Shown here piece after piece: positions 13,849 to 25,732 of a stretch of DNA of 64,000 bases. The first letter of the stretch is position 1, and the number at the start of each line of letters is the position of its first letter. Under the pieces are notes generated by a model. It was not told the DNA's origin and searched no databases. It worked only from the letters and a program-made list of their open reading frames with translations. The translations under genes were made by a program, and so were the position numbers. The DNA comes from Callorhinchus milii (Eukaryota). The DNA is taken from NCBI RefSeq assembly GCF_018977255.1, contig NW_024704752.1, positions 19,344,001-19,408,000 on the forward strand. The letters are read 5' to 3'.

Positions 13849-13952
13849 ATTTCAACACACAAAGCCATTGTTTTCTGAAGCTTTCGGCCGATGTGATTCC
13901 GAGCAGATACGATAGTTAGCGCACTTTATTACGATGTCAGATCGCTTGTCAG
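13849..13952 (+). other. Candidate upstream/first exon of NAALADL2 (ATG 13934, MSDRLS-G)
   Basis: Perfect donor CAG|GTGAGT at 13953. ATG with A at -3, upstream in-frame TAG, phase 1 end compatible with the exon at 25155. Pyrimidine tract+AG at 13848. Repeat-poor surroundings. Confidence 0.3.
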
Positions 13953-14856
13953 GTGAGTCCCCATTGACCTGAGTTGGCTTCAGCCCTAGAGACGACTGGT
14001 TTCCGGCACAGCCAGTTTGCTCACTTGCAACAACAACAACTTCCACTCGGGCTTTTTGGAGTTTTGGAGTCCTTTAATTTGCGCACAGTGATGACAGCCA
14101 GGAAGTGAATGATCATTTTTGAATTCGTCTGAGAAATTGTTGGCCATGAACCTGGGCCAAACCCCCTTCTCTCCCCCCACCCCCCCAACCCCTGCATTGC
14201 ATTGGAGTGTCGGCCTAGGTCAAATCCCCAACATGAGCCCACAGCTTTCGGACTCGGAGACGAGAGATGTTCCCAACGTAGCCAAGTCCAGCTTTGGTAT
14301 CTGCCTGTGAACAAAATGTGAATCTGCAATAAAGCATGTTCTGTGCAAAGTTATATACGGGGTGGGAATTAGAAATTCGTACGGTGTTAAAGATTTGACA
14401 TTGAATGTAATTGAAGAGCTTAGCTGTTTTGTGTTCATAAGCAATACCTGTCATCAGATATATGACAGTACTGTAAATGGGAGACCTTGGGGATATCTGA
14501 GTCGGCTGGTATTGGCATTCGGCTGCCCTGAAACTGCCAGACAAGCTTTGTTTTGACTTTGACCCTGAGATAATTAACGTGACTCGGAAGCCCTTTGCTT
14601 CCACACTTGTTGTTTAATGAGATGTTTGCATTGTCAGTCTGCTTCTGGCAGAAAACGCACACGGCCGGGTAAGGTTCTACCGCAGATAGACGTCGAGAAA
14701 GTTTCTAAATGAGCACACGTGTGTTAACCTCGGTGTGAATTTCTGTAAGGAAAAGTTGCACATCAATATCGGAGGTCATGTCAGAAAAGGCTCATGTGAA
14801 TTGTTTTAGAACTCTTTCCTTTGGACCCGGGTCAAAATCCAGACCTTAGTTTAGAC

Positions 14857-14905
14857 CAGGGTTGGCCAACCTGTGGCCCATGGCCAGAAGTGGCCCTCAA
14901 GGCCG
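14857..14905 (+). mobile_element. hAT (Charlie-like) DNA transposon terminus
   Basis: CAGGGTTGGCCAACCTGTGGCCCATGGCCAGAAGTGGCCC resembles the common hAT MITE end CAGGGGTGGCCAACCTGCGGCCC; partner end not found. Confidence 0.55.
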
Positions 14906-16215
14906 TCAAGAAGACCGCACCCCCGCCCCCCCACCCCCCGTTCCCGAGCATTTGCATGAGTCTAGATAAGTCTGAGTTCAATCAGTGGTGTGTTTTCAGA
15001 TGACCTATTTATGGCATAAGAAACTTTATTTTGTTGGACAGCCATAAACAGAAGCAAAGTGGCTGCAGCTTTGATAAACCTCTCAACTGCTAAGAGTTTG
15101 AAGATATTTTCCTTTGTTAACTTCCTTTTTGTCGTAGACATACTTTGATGGCTACAGAAAAAGTTAGATCCCAGTAGATATATAAAACGTAAAAGCTCCT
15201 CTTATTATCAAGCTTAGATGTTGAAACCTGCATTGAAACATAAAAGCATGAAGCTACAAAAGGTCATCCAATTGTCAGGCCGACATCTTTGTCAGACCAT
15301 ATACAATTTGCAATGCCACATGAACTCTCCAACTTATTTAATCAATTGAGGAAGGCAAACAACCTGTCAAACAGCTGCAAGAAAAGAGACCGCATGGTAT
15401 GTAAACAAAATGACAAGATTAGTTTGGACGAAGAAGGTTCCTACAGCCCATTTGATCTCAACGCTCTTGAATACCTACCCTGCAATCTTCCCATCACGGT
15501 ACTTTTTTTTTTTAAAAATGAGCCTGTAACCTGGCCTCAACCAACCTTTCTAGCAACTTGTTCTGGTTTTTAATTTCTGTTTGGCTAAAGAAAAACACGT
15601 TGGTGTCTGTTTCTGGGCATTATTCTCACTCCACTATCAAATGAGAATTCCAGATGGCCCTACTCTTGTTGGGAAACACCGTAAAGCATGAATGTATCAT
15701 TCACAATCTATTTGACAAAGGGAATGGAATATTGAAGAGACTAGCAGTTGTGTGAGATTAGATTAAATCACTCCTGTGGAAAAAAAGTATAAATTTCACC
15801 TGGGTCGAGCTTTATACTATTTATGTAGCATTTTACAGTTTCTAGAATTTGCCAAGATATATTCTCTGGATCATTTTAGCATCAGTCTAAATGTAGATGC
15901 ATTGTTGAATTTTATTTTAGAGGCTGGGTTTATACTGAGTGATGAAAGTAGTAGATTTGGAGCCTTGCACTAAACTCTGAACTGCACTGGTCAAGGCTCA
16001 GCACTTTGATTGTAACCTGTGTTCATTTTTCAAATAGTACAACAAATTCTAATAGCGTTTTTGAACCGAGATGTTATGATTCTATTACAGTTTACGATAC
16101 GCCGCTGTGTTTTTTTATGGAGTAAAATGTTCCATTAGAAGTGTTGAGAGTTCTGTAGTCATCTTGTTAGGGGAATTAGCTCAGGTAAGCAACAATAGTG
16201 GTTAGATATGGGGTA

Positions 16216-16323
16216 AGTTTCAACCACAAAACACACGGTCAATTCACTTTACAGTATATTCTGTGAAGCGCTTTGAGACGTCTTGAACACGTGATAAGGC
16301 ACTACATCAAATGCAAGGATTAT
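16216..16323 (+). mobile_element. SINE-A 3' fragment
   Basis: Tail consensus match. Confidence 0.85.
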
Positions 16324-17606
16324 GTTTGTTAAGTCTGTTTTACTGCTGAACTTCAGTGCAACAATTCCAGTTACTGTCACAAAGAATTCCAGTAGATCTA
16401 TCAAATGCAACTAGTTCCTGATAAATTCATGCTTGCTATTGCTTATGTACATTTATGTTGCGATTTCATAAATATTTCCTTGAGCCACTTAAGAATAATA
16501 AATAATGATTAATAATGCATTTTCTATCTGTGTTCATTTGAAGCCTTGCATTAGGAATGACACATTCTCAGTAACACAGAATTTTTGCCCAATCAGCATT
16601 GCCTTGGATATCTAAACCAAATTTGTGTTTATTATTTATACCCCAAAAGATCTTTATAAAACACTGTTGGAATCTGAAAATCAAAGTCTGCTTTGTACTA
16701 AACCAACAAATTTGCACTTCTGTTGCAATGGATTATTTCATTGCAAAAACTAATCAAGGTACTTAGAGCCTTGACATTATACCAAATAAACAATGCAAGA
16801 CATTAAAAAAAAGTGCTGCAACTGAATATATAATGAGAAGGAGACTGCTCTGAGGTAGAATTCGTGACTGACCTTTTATAAAATTGCAAGTTTTTTTTCC
16901 CCATCTGCGGAAGCTTTGAATTCCCCCCCCCACACACACCCCAACCACGGCTGCTTTTACTAAATACACTGAATTCCTTGAACTCTGCCGAATGCATTGT
17001 CAGAAAGGACATTGCCTTCATACGGTGACATTTGGAATGCTCCCTGTGTCTCTTTAGCTTTATCTTCAGCCCTGCAGAATACAGAATGATTTTAATTTGC
17101 TGAAGCGTTCTGGCTGGTGTTTGCAGTACTTTCTGTACTCATTGTTGATGTGCAGTTTTATTCATGAATAAATTGTGCTCATTAAGAAAGGTAAGCCAGA
17201 TGCCTCAGAAAACCATTGGACTCGCTTCACCGCTAAACTGGAGAGAAATTGCAGTCTGGTGAAACTCCACAGTTCAAAAGAATGCATATCAAGGCTCAGT
17301 TCCTCCAAAATCAATTTTTAATGGTTTTGAACCATTTGGGGTTTCTCTGCAAGAGCCTTTAGCACTTATTAGTTAAACAAATTTTAGGTTTTGTTTAATC
17401 CCAGTAATTAACCTCTTTTTTTTACTATTTTGGAAAACATTTTTTTTATTGAGGTGGCAGGGGAGTTTGAAATGCAGCATTAGTTTGAAAAGAAATTCAG
17501 GGAATTAATGCTGTGCCTGTGATTTGGAATTTAATCAATCCCAAATAATGACCCGGTGACATTAGGAAAGTAATTCCATGTATTGTTGCCTCTTTCTGTG
17601 GTGTAA

Positions 17607-17849
17607 TGTTTACCTAGCAGTAAGTATGAACCCACTTGTTAGTTGATTGGCGGATCGCTTTTCTAGGGGTAATAATCCCTTGAAAACCAACATAAAAATA
17701 CATTTGGTCACTCAATCCACAACTATTTGTGGGACACTGCTGTGCGCAATTGGCTGCCGTGCTTTGCCCACGAAGATTTGCCCACAGTCACTACACTTTA
17801 CAGCATATTCTGTGAAGCGCTTTGAGACGCGAAGACGTGATAAGGCTGT
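17607..17849 (+). mobile_element. SINE-A (head-less)
   Basis: TGTTTACCTAGCAGTAAGTATGAACCC..GATTGGCGGATCGCTTTT..central and tail blocks. Confidence 0.88.
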
Positions 17850-18875
17850 TCAGAGCATGTGGGGTGAATGGGGCCACACAGTTGAGACTTAAACTCGTTC
17901 TTTTTTAAATGGACTCAAAGGTTTCACTCAGGAATGTGACAAACCGAATAGCCCACATTATGTCTTGGGGTCAGGTGGAATTCATGTCCTGGGGATCTGT
18001 TTCACTACTTGTGAAATGTTACACTAATTCAGTTCAGGCAGAACTCTAAAAATGCATCAACTTTATTAGTAAATGTTGGAATTGAAATTCATTTAACAAA
18101 GTACACACTTTCTGTGTGGTTGGAGTTTTATAATTGGAGGACCTGAAATTTTCCACTGACCTGTAATTTGCAATTTATAAAACATGTCCCATAATCTTTT
18201 GGCAGTTGTCTAGAGTACATGGTGTTAGTGTCCCATCAGAACTGTCTGGCAATTACTCAAATATTTGTGGCTTTGTGACTTTTATCTGCTTTACCCACTG
18301 TCAGTCCTACTGATTGACAGATGACTACCAATACACTCATTCAGAACATGTCCAATGTCTCTTTTGACAGCGTAATGAAATACCAGATTATTGTGCGCAC
18401 AAACTGTGGGCATTTTCAGATTGAGTGATTTTGCTGGAGGGCGAAAAGAGATTGAAATCTGGATGAATTTTGACATTTGTTGTGTATACTTTAGGTGTGT
18501 CATTTGATCGATGTGCTGCAGCCACAGTGGAAGATGGTTTTATTCTCAGAAAAATGAAAAGCTCAGTTTGCTGTAATCCGAATGGAAAGAAAGAAGTCCT
18601 TTGTACCAGATACTAGTTAACTGTTTTTTATCACCCATTTGCATTGCGACACTGGAGGAGAATTGCATTTCATCACAACAATCATTCCAAGTGACCGTGC
18701 TTAGCTTTACAACAACAAGATACAACAAGATTGCATTTATAGAGCGCCTTTCACATCGGGAGGACGTCCCAAGGCGCTTTATCAACGTTTAAGATGTTTT
18801 AAATCCATGTTATGCACACCAATTATATTATTGGAGAAAAACTCAAAAGGTTCTTGACGAGCTTCTTGTGAAATT

Positions 18876-19101
18876 CACCTCCCAAGCGAGAGGAACTGGG
18901 TTCGATTACTGGGCGGGACGAAACCTTGGGCAAGTTTCCTTACTCCAAACGTCTCTGTTTACCTAGCATTAAGTCCATCAACAAGCAGATTTTGTCCACA
19001 AAATATACAGTCAATTCACTTCACAGTATATTCTGTGAAGCATTGTGAGACGTCTCGAAGACCTGATAAGGCGCTGTATCAAATGCCAAAGATTATTATT
19101 A
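18876..19101 (+). mobile_element. SINE-A, internally deleted
   Basis: Partial tRNA head (GGGTTCGATTAC B box), ACCTTGGGCAAGTTTCCTTACTCC CORE-like block, tail. Confidence 0.85.
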
Positions 19102-19129
19102 CATGAAATTACATATTACCAGAACAAAA

Positions 19130-19424
19130 TAGAACCAGAGACGTGGCCTGCGATTGAAGGGGGGTAAACTCAGAACACATCCGCAGAAACACTGCTTCAG
19201 TGAGCGAGTGGTGAACGTATGGAACAGGTCCCTAAGGAGATGGTGGAATCAGAAAGTGTTGATTCTTTCAAGAATAAATTAGATAGATTTCTATTATGAA
19301 ATAATATCTGGGGATACAGTATATAGTTTGGGACATGACACATCAAGCAACTGCCAGGATGGCGGAATTCAAACTAGATGGACCCTGGTCTACTTTCGCC
19401 AGCGAGTTCTTACGCTCTTATGTT
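19130..19424 (+). mobile_element. CR1 LINE ORF2 C-terminus and 3' UTR
   Basis: Encodes KLRTHPQKHCFSERVVNVWN..VESESVDSFKNKLDRFL (frameshifted CR1 C-terminal motif); ends TTCTTACGCTCTTATGTT. Confidence 0.85.
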
Positions 19425-19784
19425 ACAAAACTTGGTCCAATGCATTTTTACTAAAACGTTAAGTGTTATTGTAAGAAAGTAAATTGTGAACTGTTTTACT
19501 TTATTTCTATCATAGATACGATTTTCTATTTACTTTGACAGGTTGCATTTTATTTAATGATTCTTGATGAACCTGATGCCATTTTCACTTTCAAAGGAGC
19601 TCTTTTCCTTTCAGAAGATTTCTGTGCATTTCCTTATCCCTTTATTTGCACATGTTGTCCAAATGGGATGAATAAATGAGACAGAAGAAATTAAATTAGA
19701 CTGTGTGAGAGGACGTTGTTGGTTTTTGGTTATAACCATTTTATTACCCAATTTAAATGCCTTATTTTATTGTTACAGTGAAAG

Positions 19785-19849
19785 TTCTAAGCGCTGTGAG
19801 ACACTGCCCTGCGTGGAGGGCGCTATATAAGTGCAAGTTGTTGTTGTTA
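19785..19849 (+). mobile_element. L2 LINE extreme 3' end
   Basis: AAGCGCT..GGAGGGCGCTATATAAGTGCAAG(TTG)n. Similar short ends lie at about 11757, 18715, 24985, 26040, 34715, 35605, 43590, 52425, 57835 and 60560. Confidence 0.75.
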
Positions 19850-20139
19850 TAAGAGGCAACTGTTTTGTAAATTTGCCAAGAATGGTGTTTGTGCTTAAAC
19901 AGCCGCTGGTCAATGCAGTGATGTGGAGCAAGTGTAAATCAGACTCCTTGCTCCACAACTGCTTCTAGTGGTTTAAACAAGGTATAACTAAGGCATAAAA
20001 GTAGTGCATGATGAGGGAGGGACGTTTAGAGGTTGGAGACTGGAAACACGGCTTTGTTACTAAACATAGAAGTAAATCTTTCCACGTTGCCATGGAATTT
20101 CATCTGTAGTGCATTCATAAGCAAGATTGTAAAACTGCT

Positions 20140-20537
20140 ATAATAATAATATAATAATAATAACTATCCATGTCTTTGATACAGCACCTTATCACATCTT
20201 CGAGGTGTCTCCAAGCGCTTCACAGAATATACTGCAAAGCGAGTTGACTGCATATTTTGTGGGCGAAACGCGGCAGCCAATTGCACACAGCAGCGTCCCA
20301 CAAACAGTCGTGGATTGAGTGACCAAATTATTGTTATTTATTGGATTTTTTTTATTGGATTATTACCACCGGAAAAGCCATCCGCCAATCGACTAACAAC
20401 CGGGTTCCTACTTACTGCTGGTAAACAGAAGCGTGAGGATTAAGGAAACTCGCTGAACATTTCGCCCTGCTTGGGAATCAAACCCAAGTCCTCTCGCTTG
20501 CGAGGCGAGTGCTCTAACCAATGTTCTAGAGGACTCC
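20140..20537 (-). mobile_element. Full-length SINE-A (about 395 nt): tRNA(Val/Ala-like) head + CORE-like domain + L2-type tail
   Basis: Minus strand reads GGAGTCCTCTAGAACATTGGTTAGAGCACTCGCCTCGCAAGCGAGAGGACTTGGGTTTGATTCC.., CORE-like block, central block, tail and (TTA)n. Confidence 0.92.
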
Positions 20538-20539
20538 AC

Positions 20540-20682
20540 ACCTCATCTGATGGATGGTATGCTCAGCAATGGAGCGCTGCATTGGTGTGTCAGCTTAGAC
20601 TGTGAGCTCACAGTCCTTGTGTGAGGCTTGAACCTGCAACTTTCTGACTCAGAGGTGAGTTACCAGCTGAGCCACGCTGACA
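20540..20682 (-). mobile_element. Deu-domain SINE 5' part
   Basis: CCTCATCTGATGGATGG..CTGCATTGGTGTGTCAGCTTAGACTGTGAGCTC..CTTGAACC..TTCTGACTCAGAGG..CTGAGCCAC tRNA head plus Deu block. Confidence 0.8.
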
Positions 20683-21235
20683 TTGCCATATCCAACAGCA
20701 TTTGTTTATCCAAGGCTTTGTGGGTCCATTTTAATCTATTGTAAGCATCTGCGGTGCATTTTCACTGTACAGAAACCGTTGCTATGGCTGTCTGGCCTCA
20801 ACACGTCCTCTTGTATTTGTCTTGAACACTTTGTACCATAAAAACATTGTGTACACAGAGAGCCATCAGGAAATCAGTTGCTTTTTAAAAAAATTCCTAG
20901 GATATTTGCATTTTAAGATAACGCCTTGTTTACTCTAAAAAGTTTGGTTGGAATCATTATTTACCACCTCATTTCCATTTAATGTTGACACTACAAGTTA
21001 ATTGCAGAATACATTACCATGTTTACAGAGGTCCCGTGCTAAATCATGCAGCCCGCAGTGGACATTAGTACAGTTAACTGCTTATTTGCCATTCACGCAA
21101 TTATTCTCTGCATCTCCTGTTATTGGTAGCATCCATGCATTTACAATTCCCCCTCTACCACTTTTCACAAAATTCTTTCTGAATGATAAAGTAGAACAAA
21201 TGTATTTTTTAACAAGCCGCCTGAATGATCAGCTT

Positions 21236-21513
21236 CAACAACAAGTGATATTTACACAGCGCCTTTCACCTCAGGAGGACTTCCCTGGACAGTCAGGGCT
21301 TTGGACCCGAGTTGGGGGTTGGGATCGGGGTGGGGGAAGGGCAGGGAGAGTAGTGGTTGGAGGGTGGCCGAATGGATGGTCCAAGAGGAGGGGGCTTGAG
21401 ATGTGCTTTGAAGGAGGCAAAGGAGGGAGTGAGGTGAAGGGACTGTGGGATGGAGTTCCAAAGGGTGGAGACAGAGAAGCTGAAGGCCCGACCACCAGGC
21501 AGAGAAGGAACAA
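21236..21513 (-). mobile_element. L2 LINE 3' fragment (ORF2 C-terminus)
   Basis: Minus-strand peptide VPSLPGGRAFSFSVSTLWNSIPQSLHLTPSFASFKAHLK is the typical L2 ORF2 end; (TTG)n tail. Confidence 0.85.
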
Positions 21514-22290
21514 GATTTTTTGCCAAACTTGGTGGGAGTCATTGGGAGGCAAACTCGGTGGGAGGATAGAATATTTCTATCTTTTCTTTTTGCTGACCCT
21601 GTAGAAGTTCTTAAATGTCAAAGGCATTTACGAAACTGTGTTGTTCTGGTAGGAATATGCTGGATCTGGGCTGGAGGCCATTTTCTACTGATTGGAGAAC
21701 AAAGAGCACTGTCAGCAGGAATTTTTGGCTTTGCTAACGCACATTCTTGTTGGGTAAACTGGGCCAACATTTCAGGCTTTAAAGCTTGGGAGAGCCCACT
21801 ATTTTTTCACAATAGCCACGCTCTTGCACTTGTTAATTGTAGATCACAACTGTTGCGAGAATCATTTGCCACAAATTAAGGAAAATGAAGTCAGCAGTAA
21901 GCAGCTGTCATATTTGTTGGGAGGTCCTATTTGTAGGCTGGGATTTTCTGGTTTTCAAGGTAAAAACTCTTAAAGGCAATGACCCATTAAATGTTCCAAT
22001 TCTGTTCAGCTGTGATCATTTTTCCTCTTATTTTTTCTCTTGTTGTCTGCGTCTCAATGAGAATGTTTTCCTAAATACCAAAAGAAAAGGAAACTCTCTG
22101 TGATTTTTTTTTGACACTTGATAGTTTAAAATAAATCCATTCAAAGCCACAACCATCCAATAAAGATTTAAAGTAAAGCAGCCTGGATAGAACAGCTACA
22201 CAGCTCCAGCCTAAATAGCTCAAGGTCATGTTTGCAATATACGGATTCTGCAAAAGCAGAAATGCCCATTGGAACACATTTCATATTCAA

Positions 22291-22815
22291 ATAATAATAA
22301 TAATAATCCTTGCATTTGATATAGTGACTTATCATGTCTTCGAGACGTCTAAAAGCCCTTCACAGGATATACTGTAAAGTGAACTGACAGTATTTTTGGG
22401 GTGAAACGCGGCAGCCAATTGCGCTCAGCAGTGTCCCGCGAAAATCTCGTGAATTGAGTTAACAGTTTATTTCTTTATTTTCTTCCTTGAAAATCAATCT
22501 ACCAATCAACTAACAACCAGGTTCCTACTTACTGCTAGAGGAGTAACATGCCTAAGGTTTTGCCCCACCTGGGAATTGAACCCAGGTCCTTGCCCCCTCC
22601 CTTGCCTGCTTTAAGACCCATCTCAAGACCCTCCTCTTCGACCGTGCCTTTGTTCACCCTCCTTCACCCCCTGCTCTCCACCCGTCCCGATCCCGAGCCC
22701 CAGCTCAGGTCTGAAACACTAATTGTCCAGCGCCTTAGGAAGTCCTCCCAATGCTATACAAGTCTAGTTTTGTTTTTGCTGTCGTTGTTGTCCTCTCGCT
22801 TGCTACAGGGCTCCA
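22291..22815 (-). mobile_element. SINE-A interrupted in its tRNA head by an L2 3' fragment (22591-22790, +)
   Basis: The SINE head resumes after the L2 (TCCTCTCGCTTGC). GTCCT is duplicated at 22586-90 and 22790-94. Confidence 0.8.
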
Positions 22816-25154
22816 CAAGCACTTTGCTGCGGGACACCTCATTAACTTAAACATATTGGTAAGTTTATTCCCAATTCTGCTATTTAGTTGGCATTTGATG
22901 GTTGTTTTTTCTCAAAGCCTCTGACGGTGTTTAATGGACAATACAGTGCTGTACTTGTAAGAAGCAGATTTGATTAGTAAATAGTTTGGCTCATAGGAAT
23001 GTGACATATCTTCTTTGCGGTGTGCAGGTAAAAGTTTACGAGAAGCTGCATAACTGGAATCTCAACCACCACCGAAGCTTAAATGTGTGAGGTGTTGATG
23101 TGCCAGTTTTGTTCTCGCTACATGGAAGGGATTTGATTCGGCGACTCTTGAGAGGAATTGCTGGAAAGCAAAGAGTGCCATTCACTCATACCTATTAAGT
23201 GACTGGATCTTGCTGCTCTTCTGGTTTAGGAGGACACATGTACAGATAAGACGGGGGCGCAAGGAATTATATGGGAGCGAGATAACGAAATGAGCAGAAA
23301 ATTTGCTTTGTTTTTATCATTGTCTGTGGGCTTGCCACAGTCAATTACCGTTTCTCATGCTACTTTTAATCTATAATTGTTACCAAACTACCACTATTCC
23401 TGGCAGAAATGAGCAAATCCTGTGTCTTGGGATCTGTACACACAATGGGATATGCATCACTAGAATGCCTGTTGCAAATGTAGGAAATTTTGTCTCAAGT
23501 ACCTGAGAAAATTGGCACAGGGTTGTTCAATGCATCAAAGGGATATTAAAGCGGATCTGAGACAAACATTACTTCTTTGAATCGGAATAATGTATGCTTA
23601 GCATTTGTCATTGAAACGATCAAAGACTTTGAACCTGCACGTACCAGTTTTGGATTGTGTAGGTGTGAGCTGCAATAAAAGATTCCAGCTGTGTGTTCTG
23701 CTTTGAATGGTGGAGCAATCAGATAGTTATTAAGAGGTCCGGGCTTTCTCTTGAAATCAATCGACCACCAGTTATTGTGGGAACATTAAATGCTTGAACT
23801 TTGCGGTGGATCACTGCCAAGTGCTCATTTTGCTGATGGTTAACATACTGACAACACGTTGCTGGGATGTTAACATCAAGGTTTGCAGTGCAGTAAGGAC
23901 CAGGAAATATGTTGGTACAAGTTCATTTGCTTCATTGACAGCACGTCCTGACTGACAACCTTCAGCACTTGGTCAGTAATCACATCCGATTCCTACTCCA
24001 CCTTTATTAATAGACACCTCGTTAGTTTTCGGGTGGACCATTTTACTGCTCTCTATGTAGTGCAGTAACTTGCATTACTGGCTGTTCCATGGCATTGACA
24101 GGATTATATTAACATTGCTGGCAACCTCTGGAGGTGTGAGAACTGCAATCAGGTCTTCAGCTCTTCCATCTCTGAAGCTGTTTAAAAATCCAGTAATTCA
24201 GGCTATTTCAGCCCACATTTAAATCCTCAATTCATTATAGCCCACTTTAATAGCTCCTGGATGAGTAGTAGAGGGTAGAGTTATAAAGATGGGACAGACC
24301 AGTGAATTATTTTTCCAAATGCAGTACCATTACTGATTCATTGGGTATTAATACTGTGTTGCATCTGAAACCTGTAATGTACTGTGAGGTGCCTGAGTAT
24401 GTGTATGTGTGTATTAAACAATGAAAGCTGTTTGATTGAGATAGAAGACTACAATTTAATCCAGAGGTGCAGGCGATGGATTTCAATCATCTCAATCCAG
24501 ATGTTAGGATACAGTTTTGAACCCACTTGATGGAATTTTATTCATTTATCAAGTATGCGTTCGTGTTTTTAAAGTTGAATCCAGTCTTTCAGAACCAGTG
24601 CTATGATGAACTTGAGAAGCCTTTGCCTCCTTTTTAACGGCATCACAAAGTACCATTGCCATCAAATGCACCGCTTTATATCACAGGGAAAATCGATGTT
24701 TGGAATCTATTATTGTAGAATAAAGTCTTCTTTTGGATGCAGTTGTGACGGTAATAGAGAGAGATGGTAATGCATATTAAGCAGTGTAAGCATCTTTGTA
24801 TTTCAAATCAGGCTGGAGGGTGAGAGAAGTTATCGCTCTGTGTTTCATGAGCACTGTTCCTTCCTTCTCGTTTGAGAATTTTAATTTAAGAAAAAGCACT
24901 TCAGCTTGTATTTGTCTCAGAGTGCTTTATTTTATTACACGCCTGGGAAAGATGTCTATGATCTACAAATTTATAAAACAGTGCAAAGCGCTCTGACACT
25001 CACCCTCACGTGAAGGGTGCTATATAAATGTAAGTTGTTGTTGTTGTTACAGGCTGTTACATGGTAAACATTTAACTTGGTAACTGATTCAGTTGGCCAC
25101 TGAAAACGTATCGAATAATTTTAATTTCCTTTTGGTCTTAATCTTTGCCAATAG

Positions 25155-25698
25155 GTGACGAAATGGCCTATCGGAAAGTGGATCAGAAATTTTCACTGCG
25201 CACCCACGATGTGGAGCCTGACGAACTTCCGATTGCTTCTCTGGAGTTGGAGTGGGACATGGAGAAGGAGCTGGAGGAGAGTGCGTTTGATGACTTTGGA
25301 CTGGAGGATTCGAGCCAACCCCATGTGAGCAACTCCACTCAGAATACCGATCTCGACATGGAATTTATCCAACCTTCTACATCCCCTCGGGGCAGGTTCG
25401 AACGTCTTCAAGAGGAAGCCAGTTACCACACAGCACATCATCTGAGACAAGGACCAAACCATCAACCCAGCAGCTTTTATAAGAAAGCCAAACTCTTTAC
25501 TGCAGCAATTGCAATATTTATATGTGGTCTTCTGATCGGTTACTATGGACGTAAAGTTAGTACAATGAAAAAGTTGCCAAATAATGGAACAGCACCGAGT
25601 CCGACTCCATCTACAAGCACTGTTCCACCTGATGACAACACTGTCCTCCAGGAAATTGTTCAGGAAATCGGAGCTGAGAGCATCAAAATACTTTTCAG
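25155..25698 (+). CDS. NAALADL2: NAALADL2 coding exon (human exon 2 equivalent): cytoplasmic tail, TM helix, stalk
   Basis: Translation GDEMAYRKV..LELEWDMEKELEESAFDDF..IQPSTSPRGRFERLQEE..IFICGLLIGYY..LQEIVQEIGAESIKILFR matches recalled human MAYQKV..LDLEWDMEKELEESGFDQF..IQPATSPKGRFQRLQEE..LFIFGILIGYY..IKKSFR. Acceptor ttgccaatAG at 25153-54 (phase 1), donor AG|GTTAGT at 25699 (phase 2). ATG at 25163 in good Kozak context (gaaATGg). Confidence 0.96.
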
Positions 25699-25732
25699 GT
25701 TAGTGAAATTGCAATACAATTCAATACAATGA

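Noticed and set aside
21002-21604. 200-aa ORF and overlapping Pro/Gly-rich ORFs
   Set aside because: Antisense or off-frame readings of a GC-rich L2 fragment.
25699-25732. ORF read-through LVKLQYNSIQ* suggesting a short isoform
   Set aside because: The conserved donor and matching downstream exon explain the structure; no nearby polyadenylation evidence. The ORF-track start at 25145 is likewise intronic.
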